Source: Cycas panzhihuaensis (Eukaryota > Plantae > Cycadophyta). From it: a stretch of 64,000 bases of DNA. The notes under the pieces were generated by a model. It was not told the DNA's origin, did no database searches, and saw only the letters and a program-made list of their open reading frames with translations. The stretch spans positions 204,173,741 to 204,237,740 of the forward strand of contig CM041465.1 in assembly GCA_023213395.1 (NCBI GenBank), given 5' to 3'. Of the stretch, positions 11,506-22,712 are shown one piece after another; positions within the stretch are counted from its first letter, which is position 1, and each line of letters begins with the position of its first letter. The translations under genes and the position numbers were made by a program.

Positions 11506-12146
11506 TAACTCCTTAAACCATTCTTTTCTATGTATCATATGAGTGGAACGTCCTGAGTTAATATACTAACTATCCTCCTCTTTATTTACTATTAGGCTTG
11601 ATAAGAAAAGTCTCTAATTTTTCTTTAGTTCTTTAACTATTGTATTAGCTATTTCTTTTGCATATTGGACTTTTTTGTGAAACAATTTATTTCTAAGTGT
11701 CTACTTCTATGACAATATGAATATTGCATTATTCCTCTACCTCTATGACTCTTTTCTCTTTGGCCTTAATTCCTTTCCCTTGGATTTTATCCTCTACCTC
11801 TTCCTTGAGGTGTAAAGCCTTGTCTTTGAAAGTATTATCTTTGCCCTTGACCTTGCCCTTGATAGAATTAATCTTGGCTTTAATGGAATTAGCCTTGGCT
11901 TTGATAGTAAGATCCTTACCTTTAACCTTAATAAGATTAATCTTGTTTTTGATGAAATTGCCCTTCATTTATGAGGTTTTATCCTCTTCCTATAAGAGAT
12001 TGTTATCTTTTCCTAGAACTTTGGCCTTCAAAGGTAGGCCTAATCTTTGCCTTAGTGCTAAATGCATGTTCTAATGAATCACTACCCCCATTTTTTTCTT
12101 CAATAGCAAGTAATATTGTACTAAGATGATCAATCTTGAATGTAGC
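11506..12146 (-). pseudogene. Copia-1 gag C-terminus (Q/G-rich segment, RG repeats, CCHC knuckle) and protease N-part
   Basis: Manual translation: LEHAFSTKAK...GQGQGQ...GRGRG...YSYCHRSRHLEINC, then *YINSGRSTHM (degenerate WYIDSGCSTHM). Confidence 0.85.
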
Positions 12147-15100
12147 TTTTTTTTATGGTTTAAATAAATAAGGGAATTTAAAAGGGGACCCCAACTCCTA
12201 TATAAAATTTGCTATATCGGCTACAAAAGATCTGTCATGATAAGCCCACGACCTAGCTAACCAAAACAACCCCTCCTAACAAGAAGTATCCCACCCTATC
12301 CACGACAAGCCCAGTGGCTAACTAAGAAATCTACTGGCACTAACAAATAATATCCAACTTAGAGCTCTGCTAGAACCTGTTCCTTCCAAGTCTTTCCTGA
12401 TCACACCCATAATATCCTCATGGAAATCATCCCTCTACACTTTGGCCCTTCTAAACTATACCCCCCAGTTCGCCAGTCTATCGGCAACCCTGTTTTCCTC
12501 CCTATAAATGTGAGTCATCTAAGCACTTTTTCTATTTTGGAGAAGCTCATTTGTGTTATTAATCATGGCCTTGAGATTCCAATCTGGCTCTGCTTCACCT
12601 CTAATCAATCTTATCGTATTTAGGGAGTCCCCTTCTATAATGACCCTCTAGATCCCCTATTGGGATATCATATCTACTGCTTTACACATCACACTGATCT
12701 TAGCTCAGTGGTTTGTTTGGGTATTATAGTACTTGGCAAAAGCCCAGAGCACGTTGCCATCCTTGTACCTACATAACCGTCTGCCCCCAGCCTCCCCTAG
12801 ATTGCCTTTTGAAGCTCCATCAAAATTTACTTTAAGCCAATTCTCCAGAGGGGGGTGCCAGTAAACTTATCTCTTTATTTCCACATTAAGGTTAGTGTCG
12901 TTATATCCCAGTTTGCCAAAATCCTCCTTTCCTCAAAAGAAATGTAACTATCTTCATTGCCCTTTAAGGTCTCTTTTAGGGCAATATTAATCATCTTAAA
13001 TAACTTAGATTCACCATATTTTTATCTTGGAAAATACGCTCATTGCTTTCTTTCCACATATTCCATACCGACATAGGCAAGGATGTCATCCATAAAAATC
13101 TCAAGGTTCTGCTTCTGAAAGGACATGACCAAGCCAATTCCATATCCTTTATTGACCTAGGTAAGACCCAGGCAACCCTATAACTGCTCCAAAGCTTTAC
13201 CCAAACCTCGCTAGTATAGGGACACTACAACGCTATATGATCTAATGACTTCTCTCGAAGATAGAGAGCACCTGTTCACCAGTGAGAAACCTCTTTTCCT
13301 AAGGTTGTCAATGGTTAGAATATTATTCTTAAGGCATAGCCACCAGAAGAAGGTAACCTTGGGAATTAGATCCATATTCCAAACACCCCCTAGCATACTA
13401 TTTTTATTTAGACCATTTCTAGAGATTAAAAATAAATATCCTAATTTTACAGAATAGTCCCCCAATGTGGATCTAGGCCAAACCAAAGAATCTTCTTTAG
13501 GGAATCTGGGAATATATATTTTGTTTATCTCATTCTTAAGACCTTCTGCATAGGTAAGGGGGATTTCAACAAAATGTATCTATTTCTTTTTGCCCTCCTA
13601 ATCCTTCCATTAGTTCTCCACCTTTTTACCATAGAGGTTTTAACATATGCCCTAGAAAGGAGAGAGAACAGGGCTCTTGCTCATATGGGTGTGGCTGCAT
13701 CAAATATCCTCCCAGAAATCAATTGGATTCTTATTCCCTAAGCACTAGTTAGCCCTCACCGCCAACATCTTCCTTACATATACAAGGGTCCTCCATATAG
13801 CAGATCCATGGTTATGAAGGAGGTTTTGTTTCATGTATTGATTATCTCTGAGATATTTTTATGTAATTATCTTGTACCAAAGCTTCTCCTCTTTTTTCGC
13901 CAGCCTCCAACCTAATTTGGCAACTAAAGCTCTGTTAAAACATGTAATATCCTTGACATTTAGGCCCCTGATCCATTTAGGAGTATAAATTTTCTTCTAG
14001 GATACTAAGTGAATTATGTTCCTATCCTCAACCCCAAACCATAGGAACCTTTTTTTAATGGACTTAAGAGCCTTAATAACCTTCCCCGGACACCTGAACA
14101 AGGATATGATATAAGTCAAATGCTCTAGAGAGATGCCACCAGTAATTGTAGTTTGCTAGCTTGACTGAGTAAGGCCCCTTTCTAGCCCGTTAGTTTTGCT
14201 TAGATTCAATTGATAATTGGATTCTAGAGATCCTTCCCTATTCTACCCACGAATAGGGGCATACCAAGATACATGGTAGGAAGACTCCTAAAGGGCATTT
14301 CCAAGATCTTACTGATATTTCTTTGAGTCCACTCCAAAGTATTTAGAAAATAAATATTGCTCTTATTGAGGTTAACCTTTTGATTAGTAGCCACTTCAAA
14401 CCTCTCAAGCACCACTTTTATAGATCTAACATCCAGCGTGGCTATCCTCCTCAGTAAGATAGTGTCATCCACAAAGTGATGGTGAACCACATTATCTACT
14501 CCTGAAGTGGGATTTAAGCCCATAATCTCTTGGGTAATCCTAGCCCCCTTAATAGCTCTACCTAACAACTCAACCGTAATAATAAACATGTAAGGAGCTA
14601 TGGGGTCACCTTGTCTTAAACCCATATAACCTGGATAAAAAGCTATAAAAGTTCCATTAATAATCATGGAAAAACTTGGTTTAGAAATACCACTTTCTAT
14701 CCATTTCCTCTATCTTTCACTGAACCTAAAAGCTCCAATATATTCTATCAAGCAGCTCCACGAAAGTCTATTGTAGGCCTTTAAAAGATCAATCTTGACG
14801 ATCATGCTAGGATCCTTCCTCTATGTAGTCGAGTGAATTGTTTTATGAACTACAATGATTTTATCTGGAATTTGTCTACCCTTAACAAACTCATCATGAC
14901 TAGGGGTTGTTATCATAGGGAGAATATCCTTTAATCTATTTGCTAGGATCTTTATCAGGATTTTGTATTTCACGTTACACATGCTGATAGGCCTAAAATC
15001 CTCCATACTCTTTGCATCCCCTTTCTTCGGGATGAGGATAAAAAAGGTGGCCTGCCATTCTCCATGAATCTTTTCATTCTCAAAGAATTCCACCACTGCT

Positions 15101-16676
15101 TTGAAGAGATCCTCTTTAATGATATCCCAATATTCCTGATAAAAACTAGGAGGAAAGCCATCAAGACCAGGAGCCTTCTCTCTCTTCATACTAAAAACTG
15201 CTTTTCTCATCTCATCCATTGAGAAGGGAGCTTCTAAGGCTATATTTATTTCATTCCCAAACTTGTTGGGGATCATAGCCAATAAATCTCTTCTGGTTTC
15301 CTCATCCACACAGCCAGGTTCATTAAATAACTCTTTAAAGTAATCCACAACTACATCCTTTATAGATTTATGCTCTATTATTAACTCCCCATCCTTATTA
15401 ACCAGAATTTTTATTTGATTACATGATCTATGTTTTAGAGTTGTCATATGAAAAACTTTTGTGTTTCTATCACCTTCAGCAAGCCACAAAGCCCTAGATT
15501 TTTATCTCCAGAAAATTTCCTCCTTGGCCAAACTCCCTCTGGATTGGATAGGAGTCTGCTCTCGGACTAATGTAGGAGTAAAGACCTTCCTTCTACCTGG
15601 AATTTTCCCTCTAGAACCTTTAGTTTCTCTAAAATTTGATCCTTTAATACAAAAATATTACCATGGGTTCCCTTATTCCAATCTTTTACCTGATGCTTCA
15701 CTCAGTTCAATTTTTTCGAGAATCTGAGCATCGCATAGCCCTATATGGGGATCTTCCGCTGCTCTAAGATTAGATTTCAGAGTCCTGAGTCCTTCATCCA
15801 TATTAATTCGAAGCAGAAGAGGGCTCCCATATGGCCTTTGTTTTCGTCGAATCCCAACATTAGGGGAGAATGGTCTGAGACCATCTTCGACAGAGCTTTT
15901 AGAGTAATGTTAATGTGCCTATTAGCCCAAGCATAGTTGATAAGCACTCTATCTAGTCTTATCTAGACATGATTAGCTCACAATCTTCTATTTGACCAGT
16001 ATACTTGGGACCCTTCAGAAAAATATCCATAAGAGCTCACTTCTGCATGAACTCCCCCAAATCCTCCATGCTTCTTGTCCACCCAAGCTTACCATCTTTC
16101 TTCTCCTAAGGGGACATGGTTATGTTAAAATCAATCGTGATCAACCAGGGCCCCTTCCACTCCTTGTGGACTTCCAACATCCTAGCCCATAAATAATTCC
16201 TTCCCTCATGTGTTAAGGGGGTGTATACATTAGAAACCAACTGCTTACTATTTGATTTCCTGCATGTTAGGCAACTGGAGATAAAGTGTTCCTCGATATG
16301 GTAGACCTCCCTCGCCCAACCTCTGGGATTCCACATGGTGGCTATTCCACTTGATCCCTTATAACCATTTGAAACTATCCACTCAAATCCCCTCCGTATT
16401 TTGTTCTTAATTTTTTCCCTATTCTCAACTACCAATTTGGTCTCTTAGAGGAGAAGGATATCCAACTTCATATGAGCACATAACTCTTTTACCATCCTGT
16501 ACTTTGATGGGGCATTTATACCCCTTATGTTCTAGGAGGTAAACTTCATGTTCCCCTCCTCCTTATTGGGATTCAACATCTTTTACTTCTAGTTTTGGGG
16601 CCTTGGCCTCCACCCTTGTCTCTTCGGGTTCTTTGAGTCCCCAGATCTATTTGTAATGCTACCTCATTTTCACGCA
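12147..16676 (-). mobile_element. LINE-a: 5'-truncated L1-clade LINE with RNase H, inserted in Copia-1 gag
   Basis: Poly(A) seen as the T-run at 12147-12154; degenerate TSD CAATCTTGAATGTAGCT (12131-12147) / CAACCTAGTGTAGTT (16677-16691); host gag resumes on both sides. Confidence 0.92.
12340..16549 (-). pseudogene. LINE-a ORF2 (APE endonuclease, RT, zf-RVT, RNase H); 3' end approximate
   Basis: MKFTS*NIRGINAP start; WLAEGDRNTKVFH, KAPGLDGF, GLRQGDP, FVDD, WLKVNFDGASKGN. Confidence 0.92.
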
Positions 16677-17228
16677 CAACCTAGTGTAGTTAAGTCTTTG
16701 AAGACTTCAATACTTATGACTACTATTTCAAATCTTTTGATGCCATTAATACATCTTATGATCTTTTCTACCACCCTTTATTTACTAATAAATTCTCCTA
16801 AGACCCTCATTTGATTGACTAGGCCTTATAACTTAATTATAAAATAGTTTATCTCTTCATTGTTATTCATCCTATAATTTTTAAACTTGCTCCTTAGTAT
16901 TTGGAGTTTTGATGTAATAGATCTTTCATTGGTAGTCTTCAAAGCATCCCACACCTCCTTTGATATAGCCACCTCATTGACTCTTGGAAAGATATGGTTC
17001 TCTAATGTACAAAAGATGAATACCAAGGCTTCATTATCTTATTTTTTTATTTTCCTTATAGGTCTTCTTTTAATTTTTAGTAGCATTAGGATCAAGTGCC
17101 TTATAACATATCTCAATTAAGCCCCACATACCTTTTGATACAAAGACAGGTTTCATCCTATGACTCTAATTTAAGAAATTAGTACTATCAAATTTAGGTA
17201 CCATTACATTGTTTATGCTAGAGGCCAT
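16677..17228 (-). pseudogene. Copia-1 gag N-terminal part
   Basis: ATG at 17228, MASSINNVMVPKFDSTNF; ORF 16826-17026 (IFPRVNEVAISKEVWDALK). Confidence 0.88.
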
Positions 17229-19677
17229 GATAAAGAAATTCTTTTAAAAATAAATTGCTTTGAAAATATAAGTGCTTAAATGAAATATTAAAATGCACTT
17301 AAATAAGGCAATGAAAGGCATTCAAGAAACATAAGCCAAACTATCCCCTTTCAACACTAAGACATGTATAAGTGTCTTAATTAGGACTCAACCTCCTCCA
17401 AAATAAAAATTCGTATTAATTATGATTACAAGATGAGGTTTTACTAAGTTTGTTCAAGGGTCAACTCGTAAGAAATCCATAAATCAGTATCAACTCGTAA
17501 GCATAAAAATAATATATTAAATGATATCAAAAGTACTTAAAAGACACTTGATTCTAACTTTTTAATACTGAGTTAAACTTTAAATAGTACAAATAGGTTA
17601 AATAATAATAAAGAGCCATATATAAACTACAAAGAAAAATTTCATTAACTTTTAATCATTAAATGAATTACCAAATGCAAACCCAACATAGGAGTATGGC
17701 CACTCATTTCATTTGAGTGGAAATAAAGAATGCTTTAGAGTTGATAGATCTAAAAATAAGCCCCACTAGTGACAGGTATCCTTGTTGAAGTAGTCACATG
17801 TACACAATATGAGGTAGTCTCCTTAAAAAAGTAGTTAATCCCTTTTAAAAGATGATCATTTTAGTCACTTTGTTGCTCTATATGACTTGCAAGCTTAGTG
17901 ACTAATGCTTCAAGGCAATGGAATTCACAGAAATATGAAATATGATTAAATACAGTTAATTTTACTAGATTATCTTTGTTATCTTCACACTCACCTTTCA
18001 AAATTAAGACTACCTCCAAAAACAAATGACCTACCAAGGTTATGCAAGCAAAGTAACATTATAAAAAAATATATGTATGTGACTAGGGTGAGCAATCAAA
18101 TAATCCCACAATGCAGTTATATAACCAACTAATCACATAAATAACTTTGTTAATGACTATTAGATAACATAATACACCATAGATAAGCAAGTAAGAATCT
18201 ATGCCATTAATTGGACTCTCCGATTAAACAAAAAAAGGAAGCAATTATGTGGGCTACTATTGTATAAAAATGGCAACTTGGCCTGAGACTACCTTTGTTC
18301 CTTGAAGACTAGTTTGATGGAGAATCACAAGATCAAATGTTAATTAGTAGATGTCCCATTTTGATCTAGTCGGTGCAATGAATTCCTTATTATGATGTTG
18401 ATTAGTGAATATAGAGAGCTAAGCCTTTGGCCATAATATTGAGATGATCACTTAATGACTTCACAAAATCATGAATGATAATCAACTTTAAGAGAAGCAT
18501 GTGAGGTGAATCAAGGAATCGATTAATCCTTACACAAGACAATGATGCAACTTGCTTGAAGTGATGCTCCATGTGAGGAAGGACATGATGTTGAAGCACT
18601 TGATATGATGTTAAGACAGTCCAATGAGAAAGGAAGGTGAATTTAGGTGCCCTATATGTAACTGAATTTAGGTGCTCAATTATAAATCTGTGAATTGACT
18701 GGTTAAATGATAGACAAATGGCTACAAAAAAGTGAGATAGATAGACTACTATGAAGATAATGATGCATGGTACAAATAAAAGGCTCAAATGAACATGTAA
18801 GGATGTGAGCACTAAATCATAAGTGCCATTGATTTAAGTAATGATGTTAATATATTTATGAAGACTAGGCATGTTGGAGACCATTATGTGAGATGTGAAT
18901 ACCTAGAGATGGATCTAGTTCCCTTAGTAATCTCCATAAGCAACTTGAGGTCAATACATTTATATGTAATGCAAGTGTGTACATAGGCTAGGCCAACACT
19001 TATTCGATGGAGATACACTACTCAACAAGTAGTAGGACAATTGTTGCAAACTATTGTTAAAGATGATGCGTATATATAGATATAGGTAACTTTTATGCAA
19101 GGACTTAAATATCATATATAAATACAAAGTGTACTATGTGAGCAATTACGGGCACCCTGTGTGGAGTATGGAACATAAGCGAGTGGTGTAAATATACGGA
19201 CTATGCAGATGATAGATAATAACTAATAAGATAAAAAAAACTAGATGCGTAAAGCCATGAATATCATTGAAACCAGCCTAAGGACTAAGCCACTAAAGAG
19301 TACTACAAGATGTTACATAATGGTAGATGATGGATATAAAGACATATATTAATATACATTGAGATATGGTTTTGCCCAAAATTTTGATGGAGACGTGGAG
19401 CGAGATGTGTATGTGTGTAGAATAAACTTCAATACTAAGACATAGATCATTAAGAAAAATATATATATATAAAGTGCCCAGGCAAATAGATATAATATAT
19501 GGAACTAATATAGTAATAATAATGCTTGAATGTAATGTGTGGAGTAATATACTAATAGTAATGCTCATACACAATCACAGTAAGACAAGATATTAACTTA
19601 AATACAAATATTCATGTAAATAGAAGAGTTCTTATTAGACTAACAAGAGGAGGCAAGATCAAAGCTTTGATACCAAA

Positions 19678-19922
19678 TGATAGAATTAGAGGACAAATAC
19701 AAGAGAGCAGGCAATAGGGAAAACCAACAATTTATAAGGAAGGTGGTGTTGATAAACACCAAGGTCTTTAGACCCCATGTAGATATAGGTAGGACTTAAA
19801 GGATTTGGCACACCTCTTAAGGTCCACCACCACCTGGTGTTGACAAACGCCTGGCAATGTATTGCCACAAGATATTTACCCAAGATATGGGTGATTACCC
19901 CAATGTGGGTATTATTCCAACA
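19678..19922 (-). repeat. Copia-1 5' LTR
   Basis: TG...CA termini, adjacent PBS, TSD TCTTC. Confidence 0.93.
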
Positions 19923-22127
19923 TCTTCTGTGCTATAATGGATAGTCTAAATTAACCTCTTTCCAACCATTTGGCTTTTTAATAAGGGAATCCTTCGTTAG
20001 AATCTTAGTGTAGAAAGACTTAATATTCAATTTGAAAAATAAATTACCATTAAAACCAAACTAGTATTTCCAAATTTTATGTTTGATTTATTATTAAGAA
20101 TGAACATTCTCTTTTTGGTTAATAAATGGTTAGAGTTTTATAACAACAAATTTGTCCTATTATTAGAGGTTAATTTAGCTTTAATTATATGCTAATACAA
20201 CTAAATTATGCCTTAAATTATCTCATAATCTAACTTGATTGCTAATTCCTTTCATTCTCAACTTATACCTTAAGTTTAAGTTAATAACCTATAACAATTA
20301 ACCATATTCCTTAGAAAAGGGAAATCTCCCTCAAGACGTACTACTTGATAGTCCTTAGGAATTGACACTCTTCCTTGGAAAGACAAAAATCACCACTAAG
20401 ATTGGTTATTAAATGATAAACCTCTTCTTAGATCCTTAAGACCCTAAATTACATAATTAATAAGATTTATTTAAGCTTCCTAAATTTCGCATACTAATGG
20501 AGATCTTTTATTTTTAAAGACCTTGAGATTTAAAGTCACATCTTGTCTAATTCACAAGTGATTCTAATAGTGAATGAGACCATAACTCCATCATAGAAAA
20601 CCTTACCCTTTTGAAGATATACCTCATATGATTAGTTGGCCTAAGCCAAAATAAAAGACTTCAAGTCATAAGTAAATACATTGATCACATTTATATAATA
20701 TTTTCCATTTTAAGTAATTTCATCCACAAGCTAGACATAAATCCATACATACTAGTTTTTACAAAATAGTACATATGATAAGAATATAAAATATCCATAT
20801 TAAAACTTCTACACTAAATCCTAATGAAATAACATATAAAGTGCCTCCTTTAAATACCTATCCTCATGACTAATGGATAATAATAAAAACATATAGACAT
20901 TATAAAATCTATTTTATTGTATATTATATTAAAATGCCATTACGTTATATATATATGCTTCTTTTCCTTAAATTATGATTTTGTCATAAATTAGTATTTC
21001 TTTAATAAAATATTTGCACCACTTAAACTATGTGTATACATCTTAAGGAAACATTTCACAATCAATAAAATTTAGCACACTTTCTGCTATAATATTCTTT
21101 TGGCATATAATCCAAATGAATAATGTTTCATCTACAAACACATTTATTACTCGTAGATCCGTAAGGTATAGCCCATATGCTAAAGGTCATTCCTTTCATC
21201 AAGTTTATATATGTTGAGATGATATATGGGTATACTCAACTTAGAGGCTACTTATGTAATAGGGAAGAGACATATTAGGCATATTGGGTACTTTTATAAT
21301 AGAAGTTAGGCCATAAGATTCAAAATTCCTATAATCTTGAATGCTATAAAATTCACTATCATAGCCTTCATTATTAAGAAAAAACATCATCATATGTAGA
21401 GCCATTCATATTGATTTAATCACATGATTCATAACAAGATTCTCTTAAATATCTATTTAGCAACTTTAAGACTATAATTTGAATTTAACCCATTTTAGGT
21501 ATTTTATTTGCCATGCAATAAAATTTGGCATTATTACTATCATGTTTGATTTAAATCAAATATGATTCTACTCTTATTCAATGTTGTCTTCATGTTACTT
21601 CTAATTGAAAATTAACTCTAATTTGGGTCATGTAATCAACATCAAATTTATTCATACCATTTATAATATGATTAAATTTGACTCAAATGTCGTCAGTATC
21701 ATGTTTGATCCTCATGATTTAAATATGATTCTATACATATTTTACTTTATTTTAAAGTGTTAAATCTAATTAAAAATTTTCTACACTTGTTTCTTATTAG
21801 CTGAAGATGAATGTGTTAATTAAAAAAATATAAAGTTATAATTAATAAAATTTAGGCATCTTCTTGGTCATATAATCAAGATCAACTCTAATATAATGCC
21901 ATCATAAGATGTGGCAAAATTAATTATAGCTCTACTTTTATTTCATAATGTTTCGAAATCTGATATGATACCAAAACATACCATGTCTTTTTTAATTTTT
22001 TCATGATAATTATATCAATTATAAAACATTATATCATAGATAAAATTATTAATAACGCTAGTTACACAGATGTAACATAGGAGGATAAGAATATAGGATT
22101 TCATAGAAATCTTAGTTAGACCATAAC

Positions 22128-22628
22128 TATTAGATATGTTGAACACTTTGCAAGTGTTACATAGGTATAAGCATTATGCATGAGCCCCTTTACAGGGTCT
22201 GGGGCCCATTATAGGGCCCTTAGCTAAGGGGTCTAAGGGACCAGTGACCCCCCAGGCAGGGGTTCGAAGGCAAGAGCCCCCGAGAAAAATTTTTGGGTGT
22301 CTTATGGGGGTCTTTGTTGTCCCATGGTTTATGCCTATTATATTGTAAAACCGCAAGGCAGTGTCTTATAATATTGTGTCTATATATTCTTATGTGATGA
22401 CACATGTATAAAACAAGTTGGATGAGTCTTTGATGAGTTGATAAGAAGAGTTGGGGTTTATTCATCTCTGTAATTCTTTAACTGTTGCTTAGATTAATAG
22501 AAGGTCTATGCTTAGATCTAAATCTCTTAGTGTTCTTTATTGAGTGTTTAGCTTGTTTATGCTATTTTGATCTTTACATGGTTTATAGCTCTGCTAGCAT
22601 TGCTTCTGCAATTATATTTTTCTTATCA
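22128..22628 (+). repeat. Copia-3 5' LTR (501 bp)
   Basis: Aligns to 26735-27158 with ~77 bp of extra GC-rich sequence. Confidence 0.93.
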
Positions 22629-22712
22629 TTTGGTATCAAAGTAAGGTTTTAGTTTTATGGGAAGCCATTTGGTAAGTAGGAACCTTGTTCGGTGAACTTG
22701 AGTGTGAAGATC

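Larger units (their letters stand above)
2217..19922 (-). mobile_element. Copia-1: full-length, decayed Ty1/Copia LTR retrotransposon (Ivana-like gag/RT), host of two nested insertions
   Basis: LTR pair 2217-2465 / 19678-19922; TSD TCTTC at 2212-2216 and 19923-19927; PBS-Met (minus-strand TGGTATCAAAGCT) at 19663-19675; PPT immediately right of 2465; gag-PR-INT-RT-RH order on the minus strand (LYVDDL, GRKWVYKTK). Confidence 0.95.

Noticed and set aside
11724-12074. Leu-rich (+) and Lys-rich (-) ORFs
   Set aside because: Shadow frames of the stop-riddled Q/G-rich gag frame.
21525-21915. Degenerate local duplications (TATCATGTTTGAT..AAATATGATTCTA; GGTCAT.TAATCAA.ATCAA)
   Set aside because: Too decayed to define a unit or assign to an element.
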